Part shown: positions 1 through 10,806 of the stretch, one piece after another | Layout of the letters: every line of letters starts with the position of its first letter | Numbering within the stretch: the first letter of the stretch is position 1 | NCBI GenBank assembly: GCA_964016885.1 | Contig: OZ024743.1 | Span: forward strand, 169,136,001-169,200,000 | Source: Eledone cirrhosa | Lineage: Eukaryota | DNA length: 64,000 nt | Direction of reading: 5' to 3' | The notes under the pieces: model-generated | Database searches by the model: none | The model's input: the letters and a program-made list of their open reading frames with translations, nothing else | Told to the model about the DNA's origin: nothing | Program-made: the position numbers and the translations under genes

Positions 1-1548
1 CCGTTCCTGCGTCGCTTGCCAGAAATAAAAGGTCCATCGACACGTCAAGGCCCCCCTGGGTACCTTTACTAACCCAGATGCGCGTTTTTCGCACATTCAC
101 ATTGATATAGTGGGAAATTGGCCTGTCAGCGACGGTTATTCTTATCTGCTGACTACAGTTGACCGTTTTTCGAGATGGCCTGAAGCCATCCCCTTGAAAA
201 ACATCACCGCTGAGACAACAGCGCGTGCTCTGGTGTCTGGATGGATCTCTCGTTATGGAGTTCCATCCACAGTAACTACCGACCGTGGACGACAGTTCGA
301 GTCGAGCCTTTTCCTCGAACTGTCAAAATTAATTGGTGCTAAACGCATCAGAACTACGGCGTACCATCCCGCTTCGAATGGTATGGTGGAGCGTTTTCAC
401 CGACAACTGACGGCCTCCTTAATGGCCTCAATAGACTCGGCGCGTTGGAGCGAGTACCTCCCTATTGTGCTATTAGGGATTCGGTCAACGGTGAAGGTCG
501 ACTTTGGATTTTCACCGGCCGAAGTACTGTACGGTGCCCCTCTGACGTTGCCCGGGCAAATGTTTGCCCCTATCGATCTTAATGCCCAAGATCACGCTTC
601 CTACGTGTCCCGTTTGCGCTCCTATTTCCAGGATTTGCCGCCAATGGACACTAGGAAACAAACTGTCAAGACTGCTGTCCCGAGGGATATTGCCTCGTGG
701 ACGCATGTCTTTGTAAGGAAAGATTCTGTGAAGCCCCCGCTCACACAGCCTTACACTGGACCTTACCGTGTCTTAGCGCGCTCGGCTAAGCATTTCACTC
801 TAGATATTAAAGGGTCCAGGGAGACAGTTATAATAGACAGGCTTAAGCAGGCACATCTGGACACGGACGCTGTGGTTCCTGATTCACGAACCCCTTCGTA
901 TTTGCCTGTTGAGCGAACGCCTGTTCCTGAACCCCATCATCGCCTGTCCCTACACCACCACCATCGCCACGTTACAAGACCACGACCCGTTCAGGTCGTA
1001 GGGTCCACTGGCCCCAAAAATTTTGCAGCACCGTCTATATTTAGACTGTGTTAGCTGCACCTTTTTTTTTGCTTCTGTGTTTTTTTTTGCTTCTGCTTTT
1101 TTTTGCCTTTTTTTATGCATGCATGTTTTTTAACATTTTTCAAATCCTTATTCTGGATTTAACGATTGGTAGAGCGAATAGCTGCCCCTTGTTGCATTGT
1201 TCGCCATCTTACTCCACGTGTGAGTAATAACATCGATTTTCGATGATTTGAAAATCTGGCAGGGGATACTGTAGTAAGACGCCTTAATCCCCGCTGTCGG
1301 ATAATGGACCATGCCTAGTTGTCTCCCCCTGGTTGAGAACACTATTTAAGTAAGCAGCAGTATTACTTTCTCAGACAAGCCACGGAGACAGCAAACAGCA
1401 GACGGCCTTTGTACCACGAAACAGCAGACAGCCTTTGGACCACGAGATCACACAGATGTGAATACACTGAACTCCTATGCCGAAGCCACAAGGATAGTGT
1501 TGGCCGGGCACTGGCTCATAACTGATTTCACTTTACTGGACCCTCACA
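1..1548 (+). mobile_element. Ty3/Gypsy LTR retrotransposon, 3' part (integrase, PPT, 3' LTR)
   Basis: ORF 110-1054 has rve integrase motifs ([40 protein letters not shown]). PPT GGCAGGGGATAC at 1258-1269. LTR TGTAG...CACA at 1270-1548. Internal sequence is near-identical to the minus-strand copy at 18083-19350. Confidence 0.93.
110..1054 (+). pseudogene. pol: Gypsy pol, integrase domain (5'-truncated by the window; C-terminal frameshift)
   Basis: D,D(35)E integrase motifs. The tail diverges from the second copy ([10 protein letters not shown]) after a small indel near 930. Confidence 0.9.
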
Positions 1549-1875
1549 TTGGTGACCCAGACGTGGGCGTTACATTGGTGACCCACGACAATTGTAATTC
1601 GTTGCCTTCATTTCAACTGATCACGTCTATATTGGTATGTTGTTTCATTTGTAATATAACAAACATATAATAGACAAAATAAACATCATCCTTATTTACA
1701 TTGTTGAATAGAACTCTCGTTGTGGTTATTATCTTGTCTACACACACACCCACTCACTTGTTATAATTCTATGGAGTACCTATCCTCTCACTTACGAAAA
1801 TGGTAAATAGACGAGGGACTTTCCCTCACGTCTATATTGATAAACTATCCAACAAGGATTCTTCATTACCACAAA

Positions 1876-2190
1876 TGTTATTGGGACACGAGTAACATAA
1901 TAATTATGTCAACAGCAGAAATTAGAGATGAAATGTATGTTTATTTTGTTGTAGCACAAATAATTGTTTCTATTTTAGGCACAAGGCCAGCAATTACCCA
2001 GTACATTACTGGTACTTTATTTTATCGACCCCGTAAGGATGAAAGGCAAAGTTAACCTCGGCGGGATTTGAACTCAGATCATAAAGGGACGTAACTCTAT
2101 GCTTCAAAGCATGGTGTCCGACTCTCTACCGATACTGCCAATCCACCATAGCACAAATAATGTTTGTTAATTTGTATGGTGGAAGTTACA
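1876..2190 (-). mobile_element. Short solo-LTR-like sequence related to the LTR of the 17649-24359 Gypsy, interrupted by a SINE
   Basis: 1876-1964 aligns to 17869-17958 (TGTTATTG..ACGAGT..CATAATAAT..CAACAGCAGAAATTAGAGATGAAAT). On the minus strand it reads TG...CA. Confidence 0.55.
1965..2148 (-). mobile_element. tRNA-derived SINE (octopod-type) with 13-bp TSD
   Basis: Shared family sequence GGTGGATTGGCAGTATCGGTAGAG...CTGAGTTCAAATCCCGCCGAGG (A/B boxes). TSD TAGCACAAATAAT at 1952-1964 and 2149-2161. Confidence 0.9.
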
Positions 2191-2775
2191 CATAAAATGA
2201 GGTTACAAAAGGAAAGTGCCATTGTGCCAGGCCCAAGGAAGGCCGGCAGGCCAAAGTGCAAAATCACGCCGATACATGTAAGTGTTGCTCCTTCGAAGTT
2301 CAGGATGGGAGAGGCTGATTCTTCAAATCAACGCGGGAATTTTCCCCTCAGGGCGCGTAGAGATACATGCTCTTCCACTGGCACTGTTTGGCTGAGCTGA
2401 GCCAAATCACGCACAGAGAATGTATGTGAGCCCGCGGAATGTAGGTCACTAACCCTCCTCCCCCTCCTCTATTTCCTTTACTTTCCTTACACTTTCCATC
2501 TTTTGTCGTTATTCCTCTTTTCTTTTTTTATATATTTCTTTTACTCATTCATTCTTTTATCTATTTATGTATGTATTTATATATGTATTTATTTATTTTT
2601 TCTTGCCTTTCCTCCTATTTACACCCTCTCTCATATCTCTAATTTGCTCTATGTCCTTTTCTTCTTTAAGTTTATCATATTATTTGTGGTATATAAACAT
2701 TGAGATTTGATGAAATAAATCACTGTCAATACTGGAATTGTATAATCAAGACCGTAGCGGTATGTCATATATCAA

Positions 2776-2863
2776 ATCATATATTTTATCTGATGAAGAC
2801 GTACTGAAAAAAACAACAACACAGTACCTTTGAAATATATATAATAAAGCATATATTTTGATT
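2776..2863 (+). ncRNA. Type I hammerhead ribozyme (family A)
   Basis: TTTAT-CTGATGA(2790)-stem II GTACTG/CAGTAC-GAAA(2832)-TATATA-TA-ATAAA. Stem I extends via ATATAT/ATATAT. Confidence 0.85.
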
Positions 2864-3313
2864 ATATGAATATCTTTCATTTGTTAATACTAAAGATATT
2901 CAATTGCTTAGTTGAATTGATTGGATGTCCTATTTGATCTACCATTTGAAAACAACGGTTTTTTTTCTCTATCCCCCCCCCTCTATTTGATGTTTCCTTT
3001 ATTTTTCTTTATTTTTCTTTAACCCCCCCCCCTGTTCCCTTTACTTTCCTTACACTTTCCATCTTTTGTCGTTATTCCTCTTTTGTTTTTTTATATATTG
3101 CTTATACGCATTCATTCTTTTATCTATTTATGTATGTATTTATATATGTATTTATTTATTTTACTTGCCTTTCCTCCTATTTACACCCTCTCTCATATCT
3201 TCTTTAAGTTTATCATATTATTTGTGGTATATAAACATTGAGATTTGATGAAATAAATCACTGCCAATACTGGAATTGTATAATCAAGACCGTGGCGGTA
3301 TGTCATATATCAA

Positions 3314-3396
3314 ATCATATATTTTATCTGATGAAGACGTACTGAAAAAAAAAACAGTGCCTTTGAAATATATATAATAAAGCATATATTTTGATT
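3314..3396 (+). ncRNA. Type I hammerhead ribozyme (family A)
   Basis: CTGATGA 3328-3334, stem II GTACTG/CAGTGC, GAAA 3365-3368, TATATA-TA, stem I TTTAT/ATAAA. Confidence 0.85.
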
Positions 3397-4019
3397 ATAT
3401 GAAAATCTTTCATTTTGTTAATATTTTGAATAATATACTATATTTTATATATATATATATATTGTAGGAATCCTATAATGAAACGAGACGTCCGTCTGGG
3501 AAGAGATATATTAGATATGTCTCATTTGAAATAATACAGCCAATACTTTTAGTTAGCACCCCGAACACATAATTGGCCGGAGTATCGCTAAAAAGCTTTC
3601 TCCGATATTGTATTTATTTACTTACTCTTGGCGCAGCAGATTTGAAAAAAATTCCCGGTATAAGGTTAGCATTTCTTTGTTTATTTTTTATATATGAATA
3701 TTGATTGTTCCTTATATCTCATTCTGTTATTTTGCCCGAGAAAATATCTGTGTGTGTCATCAAATGTTGTACACACATAGATATTTTTTCAATTTCCAAT
3801 TGAGTTCTTAGCACGTGGCCTGAATTCCTTTCAGAGTTCATTGTCACGCGCATGTATTGTTTTTTTTGGCGGTAATTCACTTCCTCATTTTTTGAATCAG
3901 TTCGAGCACTTCTTTCAGAACTGCTGGACTGGCAACTTGACAGATACCTCAGGCACAGAAAGTGATTATCGCTAAATGCTGATGTTGGTTGGATTATCAA
4001 TATTAGTGTTATTGGGGCA

Positions 4020-4146
4020 CCCACTGATGAATTATAGGAGCCCACTTGAATATATATCTATTGATGGTATACAAGCTCCTACATAAATTGGTATAATTTC
4101 ACCCAAACTGTAAGAATCCTATAATGAAACGAGACGTCCGTCTGGG
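4020..4146 (+). ncRNA. Type I hammerhead ribozyme with large stem II insertion (family E)
   Basis: CCCA-CTGATGA(4024)-ATTATAGGA...~77 nt...TCCTATAAT-GAAAC(4126)-GAGACGTCC-GTC-TGGG. The 3' half is duplicated at 3465-3500. Confidence 0.8.
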
Positions 4147-4384
4147 AAGAGATATATTCGATATGTCTCATATGAAATAATAAAGCTAATTTTCCACGCA
4201 ATACTTTTAGTTAGCACCCCGAACACATAATTGGGAATATAATCACTTATTTCCTAATGTTTGTTGAGTGAGTTGGAATTTGGCCGGAGTATCACTAAAA
4301 AGCTTTCTCCGATATTGTATTTATTATATATATATATATATATAGCATATATATATAATATATATAGTATATATACATATATAG

Positions 4385-5575
4385 TATAGTTGAATAAATG
4401 AACAGAGAACAAAAAACAGAGATGCAGTACAAATGATATGGTTTTTAGTTTCACGCTTGTGAGTGGGGGGGGGGCGTTTCTGGCATAAGCCCTTCATCAG
4501 GAAAACAGTGGGTAGGAAGAGAGTTCCTAGGGTGTATGGGGGAGTGGTGGAAAGACATCTAAAAATAGGGGCGGAGAAAAGGGAGAAAAAACAATTTTAG
4601 AGAGTAAAGGACATTTTTAAAAAGTACAAATAAATAAAAATAAAAGTAAAAACAAAAACAAAAATAAACAAAGGGTGAAAGGGTGGAGGCGTTTAGGGGT
4701 GGTGGTGGGTGGAGGGGGCTGGATAGGGGAGAGGGAGGCGTTGGGTCCGAGCGGGGAGGGCTAAAGGTGGTGTTTGTGCATGGGTGTAGGTGTACGTGGG
4801 AATGTGAGAGTTGGGTAGAACGAGGTTCCATTTTCAGGTAAAAGGGAAACCGGTGTGTACGTGGGGTGGGGTGTAAGTCGGTGTGTTCATGTGTGTGGAT
4901 GGAGAGGGGTGGGGGAGAGGGCGTATGGAGTCCGGAGGCTGAGTGTGTGTATGTGGGTATACGCACGTGTGTGTTTGTGTTTATATGTGGTGTGGATGTA
5001 GGTGGCGTGGTTCGAAATTAATGTAAGTGTTTGTATGTGGTGTGGGCTGTGTGTCTGTGTGAGGAGGTGCGGTGGACAGGGGAGAGGATGGGTAGGTGTG
5101 AAAGGTGGAGGGAGAAGGTGATGGTGTGGGGGATGGTGTGTATATTAGTGGAGATGTTAGTGGGATGTGTGTGTGAGGGGGTGTAGGTGGAGCGGAGAGA
5201 GAGAGAGGGAGAGAAAGGGTGTTGGTGACGGAGGAGGGAGTCTAGTGTACTGGTGTGTGTGTGTGCGTGTTTGGATATGAGTGTGTGTGGTAGAGAGGGT
5301 ATGTAGGTGAGGGGGAAGGTGGGTTGGGGTATGTTAGTATTATTATTTGTGGGGTGGACCAAGGGGGTGGGGGCGGTGAAACCGAGGTGTGTGTTAGTGG
5401 TGTTAGTGGGGGATGTATGTGTGTATGGGGGGGTCGAAGGCTAAAGGAACAGGGTTGGGGATTTCAAACCGGCGGGTGTGTGGGTCTGTAGGGTGAAGAT
5501 GGTGTTTTTTCGACCGTGAGGCGGGTGGCGGGTGTCCCATGGCATTGGATCAGGCCACAAAAGTGGCTGGCGATG
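4385..5575 (-). mobile_element. Penelope-like element, GC/CA-rich (Neptune-like) family, 3' fragment
   Basis: Homologous to 42858-45015 and 62215-63930. End of the GIY-YIG coding region at ~5430-5575. Terminal HHR remnant CTGATGA-AGGGC-TTAT-GCCA-GAAAC at 4476-4500 with the cleavage triplet mutated. Confidence 0.75.
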
Positions 5576-7930
5576 AAAAATCTGACTCCTTTATACGATG
5601 ACTTAGATAGAAAATCAGATGAAAAAATGAATAAATCCAGTTACAAATTCGATCTTATCTTCAAATCTAAGAAGAATCCATCTAACAACAAAATATTAAT
5701 GGAATTTGAAAATGAAGTAATATCTATTACACAAAACATCAAATTCAAGCAAAACCAATTTGTAGGCCAGGAATACCTTAAAGGCCTCAATAATAATATA
5801 GACAATCTTGAAAAAACTGAGAAGATCCTCGTAAAATCTGATAAAACTAATAATCTATACGGAATGCAAAAGGACGAATATAATAACCTTATATTTAAGG
5901 AACTCAGAAAAAAATACAAAATAACAACTATGAAGATCTTGCAACGTTAAATAGAGAAGCTTCCGAAATAATTCATAAATTAGGCATCCAAAATAGGACT
6001 GAATCCTTTATACCTAGAAGACCGAAAATTAACCTGAAAGAACACAAAAGAAACTTTGAAATAGAACTACCAGTCAGACTTACAGCACCATCTAAATCAG
6101 ACTTAGTCATAATTAGTAAACATATATTAGATAGAATCATACCGCAATTTAAAGAAAAATCACACCTAAAACTATGGAACCGTACTAATGAGGTTATAGA
6201 TTGGTTCAATAACATAAAATTTAAACATAACAAAAAATTCATTCAAATGGATATTGCAAAATAATACTCCTCTATTACTCCTAATTTACTTAATAGGGCT
6301 CTTATCTATGCATCTAAACATACACATTTATCTAGTGAAGAAATGCCTATCATTCTAACTGCACAGAAAACTTTAATTAAATTCAACAATCATCTCTGGA
6401 CCAGAGCAGATAGAAAAAACAATTTTGATATCACCATGGGATCATCTGACTCGGCGCAAATAACGGATCTTGTGGGCTTATTTATTAATAATACACTGCA
6501 TAGAAAAATGCCAGAGATGACCGGTGGTTTATATCGTGATGATATGCTGCTTTTAATTGAAAACCATAGTAATTGTGAAATTAATAGGAAAAGAAAATCC
6601 ATAATACAATTCTTCAATAATTATAACGTGAAGTTAAAAATAGAGAATAACTATAAAATCGTTAACTTGTTAGACGTAACATTAAACTTTAGCACAGGGC
6701 TCTACTATCCATTCCGTAAAATTAATTGTTTCTACTTTAGGCACAAGGCCAGCAATTACCCAGTGCATTACTGGTACTTTATTTTATCGACCCCGTAAGG
6801 ATGAAAGGCAAAATTAACCTCGGCGGGATTTGAACTCAGATCGTAAAGGGACGTAACTATGCTGGAAAGCATGGCGTCCGACCCTCTACCGATACTGCCA
6901 ATCCACCGCCCTAAAATTAATTCCGTAAAATTAATGAGAATCTAAATTACGTAAGTTTTAACTCTAATCATCCTAGATCTATTAAGAACACTATTGTCAA
7001 TAGTGTCCAACAACGAATCTCACGCATCTCTGCTAATAAAAATATTTTTGATGATAAGGCTGAATATTATAATGAAGCTTTAAATAGAGCAGGGTTTATG
7101 AATAAAATTAAATACATTGACAACAATAATAAGGCAAATCACCCTACTATTAATTGTAATAATAATAAACAATTTAACTCAAACTCTAAAACAAACAAAA
7201 GAACTAGAAATATTATTTGGTATTCACCCCCATTCTCATTAAGCGTTAAAACAGCTTTAGCAAAGCTATTCTTTAAAGCACTAAACAAATGTTTTCCTAA
7301 AGCCCTCAAATACCACTCAATCTTTAACAGACATACTATAAAAATGTCCTACTCTACTACTATGAACATAGCTCAAAATATAAATAGAATTAATAATAGA
7401 AACTTAAATTTAAACCCTAACCAAAATAACCATAATAGCAGGAATAATATATCTAGCAATATGCAGTATAATAGTACCGTTCCGAGCAACAGCTACTCCG
7501 TACATGTAACTGTAGAATCAAATCAAATTGCCCTTTACAAAATAAGTGTTTAGATAAAAACGCAGTCTATAAATGCACAGTTAAAACTAGTGAAAATATA
7601 TTTAGCTATGTCGGTGCCACTTCTACAGAATTTAAAGTTTGCTGGAATAACCACAATCACTCTTTTAAAAGATCTGATAAAAAATCTTCTACTTCCCTGT
7701 CGCACCTTATATGGAACTTAAAAAGCAAGAATATAGACTATTCAATATCTTGGAAAACGATTTCGAAGCACCTGCATACTAAAACACGGCTTTATCAAGA
7801 TTCTGTAAATTGTGTATTGAAGAAATTGTTTATATAATTAACTGTCAAAACTCTATTAATCTCAGAACAGAATTATTTAGTTCCTGCAGACATCGCCAGA
7901 ATTCAACATTCAGAACTATATATAACTTAT
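5576..7930 (+). pseudogene. PLE reverse transcriptase + GIY-YIG endonuclease, frameshifted
   Basis: ORF fragments 5516-5950, 6343-6798 and 7098-7553 plus out-of-frame motifs. Interrupted by a SINE. Confidence 0.88.
6728..6911 (-). mobile_element. tRNA-derived SINE inserted in the PLE RT
   Basis: Same family as 1965-2148. TSD TAAAATTAATT at 6717-6727 and 6912-6922. Confidence 0.9.
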
Positions 7931-8610
7931 AATATACTTATAATATTCCTATTAATCTCCAAAATGATCCTATCTGCTTTAACAATTTATATTTTTAATA
8001 TATTGATATCTCTAAATCATATCTGTAATATTTGTAGTACTTTCACTTTTTAGAAAAATTTCTTATAATATATACGTATGTATAAAATTCTAATTTTTAA
8101 ATTTTAATTTTAATTTTTATTTTTTTTTTATTTAAATTTAAATTTTTTAATTTTTCAATTTTTTTAATTTCTTAATTCTTTATTAAGTACAATGACACGC
8201 TCTAAAGCTATTCTTTTAACGTAGATTAATAACTATTAACTGATTCTAGCAACATGTATCCTAAACATCCATATTTCTTTCGACTAAATAATTAAGTAAT
8301 CTCACACTAACGATTAACAAATAAAATCGAAGTTATCTTTCCTGTTCTATTATTATACCTAACTCCGTTAATTTAGTTTAAAACATTCTCAAATTTAACT
8401 ACATTTTTAACTAGATATTTATTTAAAATACAAAATTAACTCCCTCGTAACTCATATTAGAACAACCACCTAAAAACTTGAACTACCGATTTATTTATTT
8501 ATTTATTTATTTATTTATCTACTTAAAACACAAAATCACCTTCCCTCGTAACTCATATTATAAACAACTAATAATTGTAAATTATCCTTTTAATAAAAAT
8601 ACATATGCTA

Positions 8611-8668
<58 letters not shown>

Positions 8669-8868
8669 ACCCACTACAATATAATAAGATAAATACTTAC
8701 AAACATGATTTCTCCATATAAATATATACATAGATAAATATTCGAATATATTTCCCCCAAATTAAAGTTATATGTGGTCTTCCTTTTCCTTTTCCTTTTC
8801 CTTTTCCTTTTCCTTCTTCCTATTTTTCCTTTTCTTTTTTCCTTCTTCTTTCTTTCTCTCTTATTAAT

Positions 8869-8948
8869 AAAACCGTTATTTTAAACGCTATGGAAAGTTT
8901 AGATATATAAATATCTAAACTTTCCATAGCGTTTAAAATAACGGTTTT
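8869..8948. repeat. Perfect ~80-bp hairpin/palindrome
   Basis: AAAACCGTTATTTTAAACGCTATGGAAAGTTTAGATAT-ATAA-ATATCTAAACTTTCCATAGCGTTTAAAATAACGGTTTT. Confidence 0.95.
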
Positions 8949-9084
8949 TCAATTATGTACATATTCATTTGCATATTCATCCATTAGTCTGAAAAATCCG
9001 TTCTATAATCTGACTACCCAAGGATTATTCAACTGATAAGGTTTATTTTCCTTGGCTATGTCAACATTTATAAAACACTCTTTG

Positions 9085-9147
9085 TATTTTATCTGATGAA
9101 AGCGTACCAAAGTTTTTTGGTACCCTTGAAATATATATAATAGAATA
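9085..9147 (+). ncRNA. Type I hammerhead ribozyme (family B)
   Basis: TATTTTAT-CTGATGA(9093)-stem II GTACCA/TGGTAC-GAAA(9128)-TATATA-TA-ATAGAATA. Confidence 0.85.
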
Positions 9148-9273
9148 AATATGGTTTTATAAATATAGTTTCCATTTATTTAATATGATTGAATATTTAC
9201 TCCAGAAAGCTGTCGAAATCAGTTATAAACATTTATATTTGTTGGATTTCCAACAAATTAAATATCCCTTCTG

Positions 9274-9318
<45 letters not shown>

Positions 9319-9465
9319 CGAAGGAAAAGTGGTAAGGAACCAGGTGGACCATAACGCACCAAAGTACTCAATACTTAGGGTAGTAGAGTCGAAACGGCTT
9401 GAGCTCAGCCGTCGGGGTCTTACTTGTTCCTATTTATATATATATATACATAAGCAGAAGGGATA

Positions 9466-9543
<78 letters not shown>

Positions 9544-10806
9544 GTATGGTTGACGGTATAATTAATCGATTTCCACGTGCTATTGAAATGTTGGGTAAAT
9601 ATTCTATAGCGGTTGGTCGCGAATAGACTGCTGTCGTTTATAAATAACGACATCCGCACGCATATACTCCCGCTATGCATACGCACCCAAAGCGAACCCA
9701 TAAAACTATAGACATACGCGTCTACAGACGCCTGCTTACATGACCATGTACATCAGTTCTCATGCACGCACACACACACACGCACACGTATACATGCGCA
9801 CACACATGCATACGCGTATATCTACTCGTATACACAAACACGTACAGACATATACATTGACACGCACTTACACATACACACACGTGTCCATATATATACA
9901 GGCACAAAGACAGACTCGCTCCCAAACACACATATATATGTATATATACACACACATATATGTACACACAAACAAGCCCTTACCCTACAGTAGGTGCACG
10001 TACACACACACACACACTGGCTCATATACACTCAAACAAATACGCGCCTATTAACTACATGCCCACACACGTCTACAACGATACATACATACATATATCT
10101 GTCTATACTCAAATATTATATACTCACAAAGTCATATAAATCTACACAATGCGTCATAAAGGGTCATCCATGAAAGGATGCATCTTGTTATACATATGCA
10201 CAAATATAAACAATATAACTAAATACATACATCCATACACATACATACATATATATACATATAAATAAATGTATATTATATATACACATACATATATATA
10301 TACACACACACACATATGTACATGCACACACATACACATCTATAGAAAAATCTACAATATACTAAAATATACATATAACGTCATACATTAAAACATGTAT
10401 CTTGTATTAAACATGCACATATATAAACAATATAATCATATACATACAGCCATACACATTCACATAACATATACATATATATTTCTCTACATACACACAC
10501 ATATATATACACATACGCATACATATATACACACATATAAAAAAGAAATATAGTGTCACCCGCGGAAAGGGCAGATCTGTGACAGTGTTAAGTGACTTCA
10601 ACTGTTGTAGAACATAGTTTTTTTCATCCTGAGAAATGTCCTTGCAAAAGAGAGGAATTTTTTGCCCACAAATATAAAACATTATATTATATTGTAACTA
10701 TAAGAAATTTCCACAATAGTTACTTTTAAAAATTGTTATGATATTATACCATAAAGTTATCAAAACTAGACTGAACTCCCTAATATTTTTATAGATTTAT
10801 TAATAA

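Larger units (their letters stand above)
2475..3423 (+). repeat. Tandem direct duplication of a PLE pseudo-LTR (family A), each unit with a hammerhead
   Basis: 2475-2890 repeats at 3040-3423. Homologous to the pLTRs at ~34700-35230, 54010-54490 and 56570-57185. Confidence 0.85.
5576..9280 (+). mobile_element. Penelope-like element, AT-rich (Nematis-like) family, decayed, with 3' UTR and pLTR
   Basis: Motifs across frameshifts: KILVKSDKTNNLY, PVRLTAPSKSDL, FDITMGSSDSAQITDLVG, GGLYRDD (RT), IIWYSPPFS, IFNRHTIKMSYS, CLDKNAVYKCTV..YVGATST (GIY-YIG). HHR at 9093. Confidence 0.9.
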
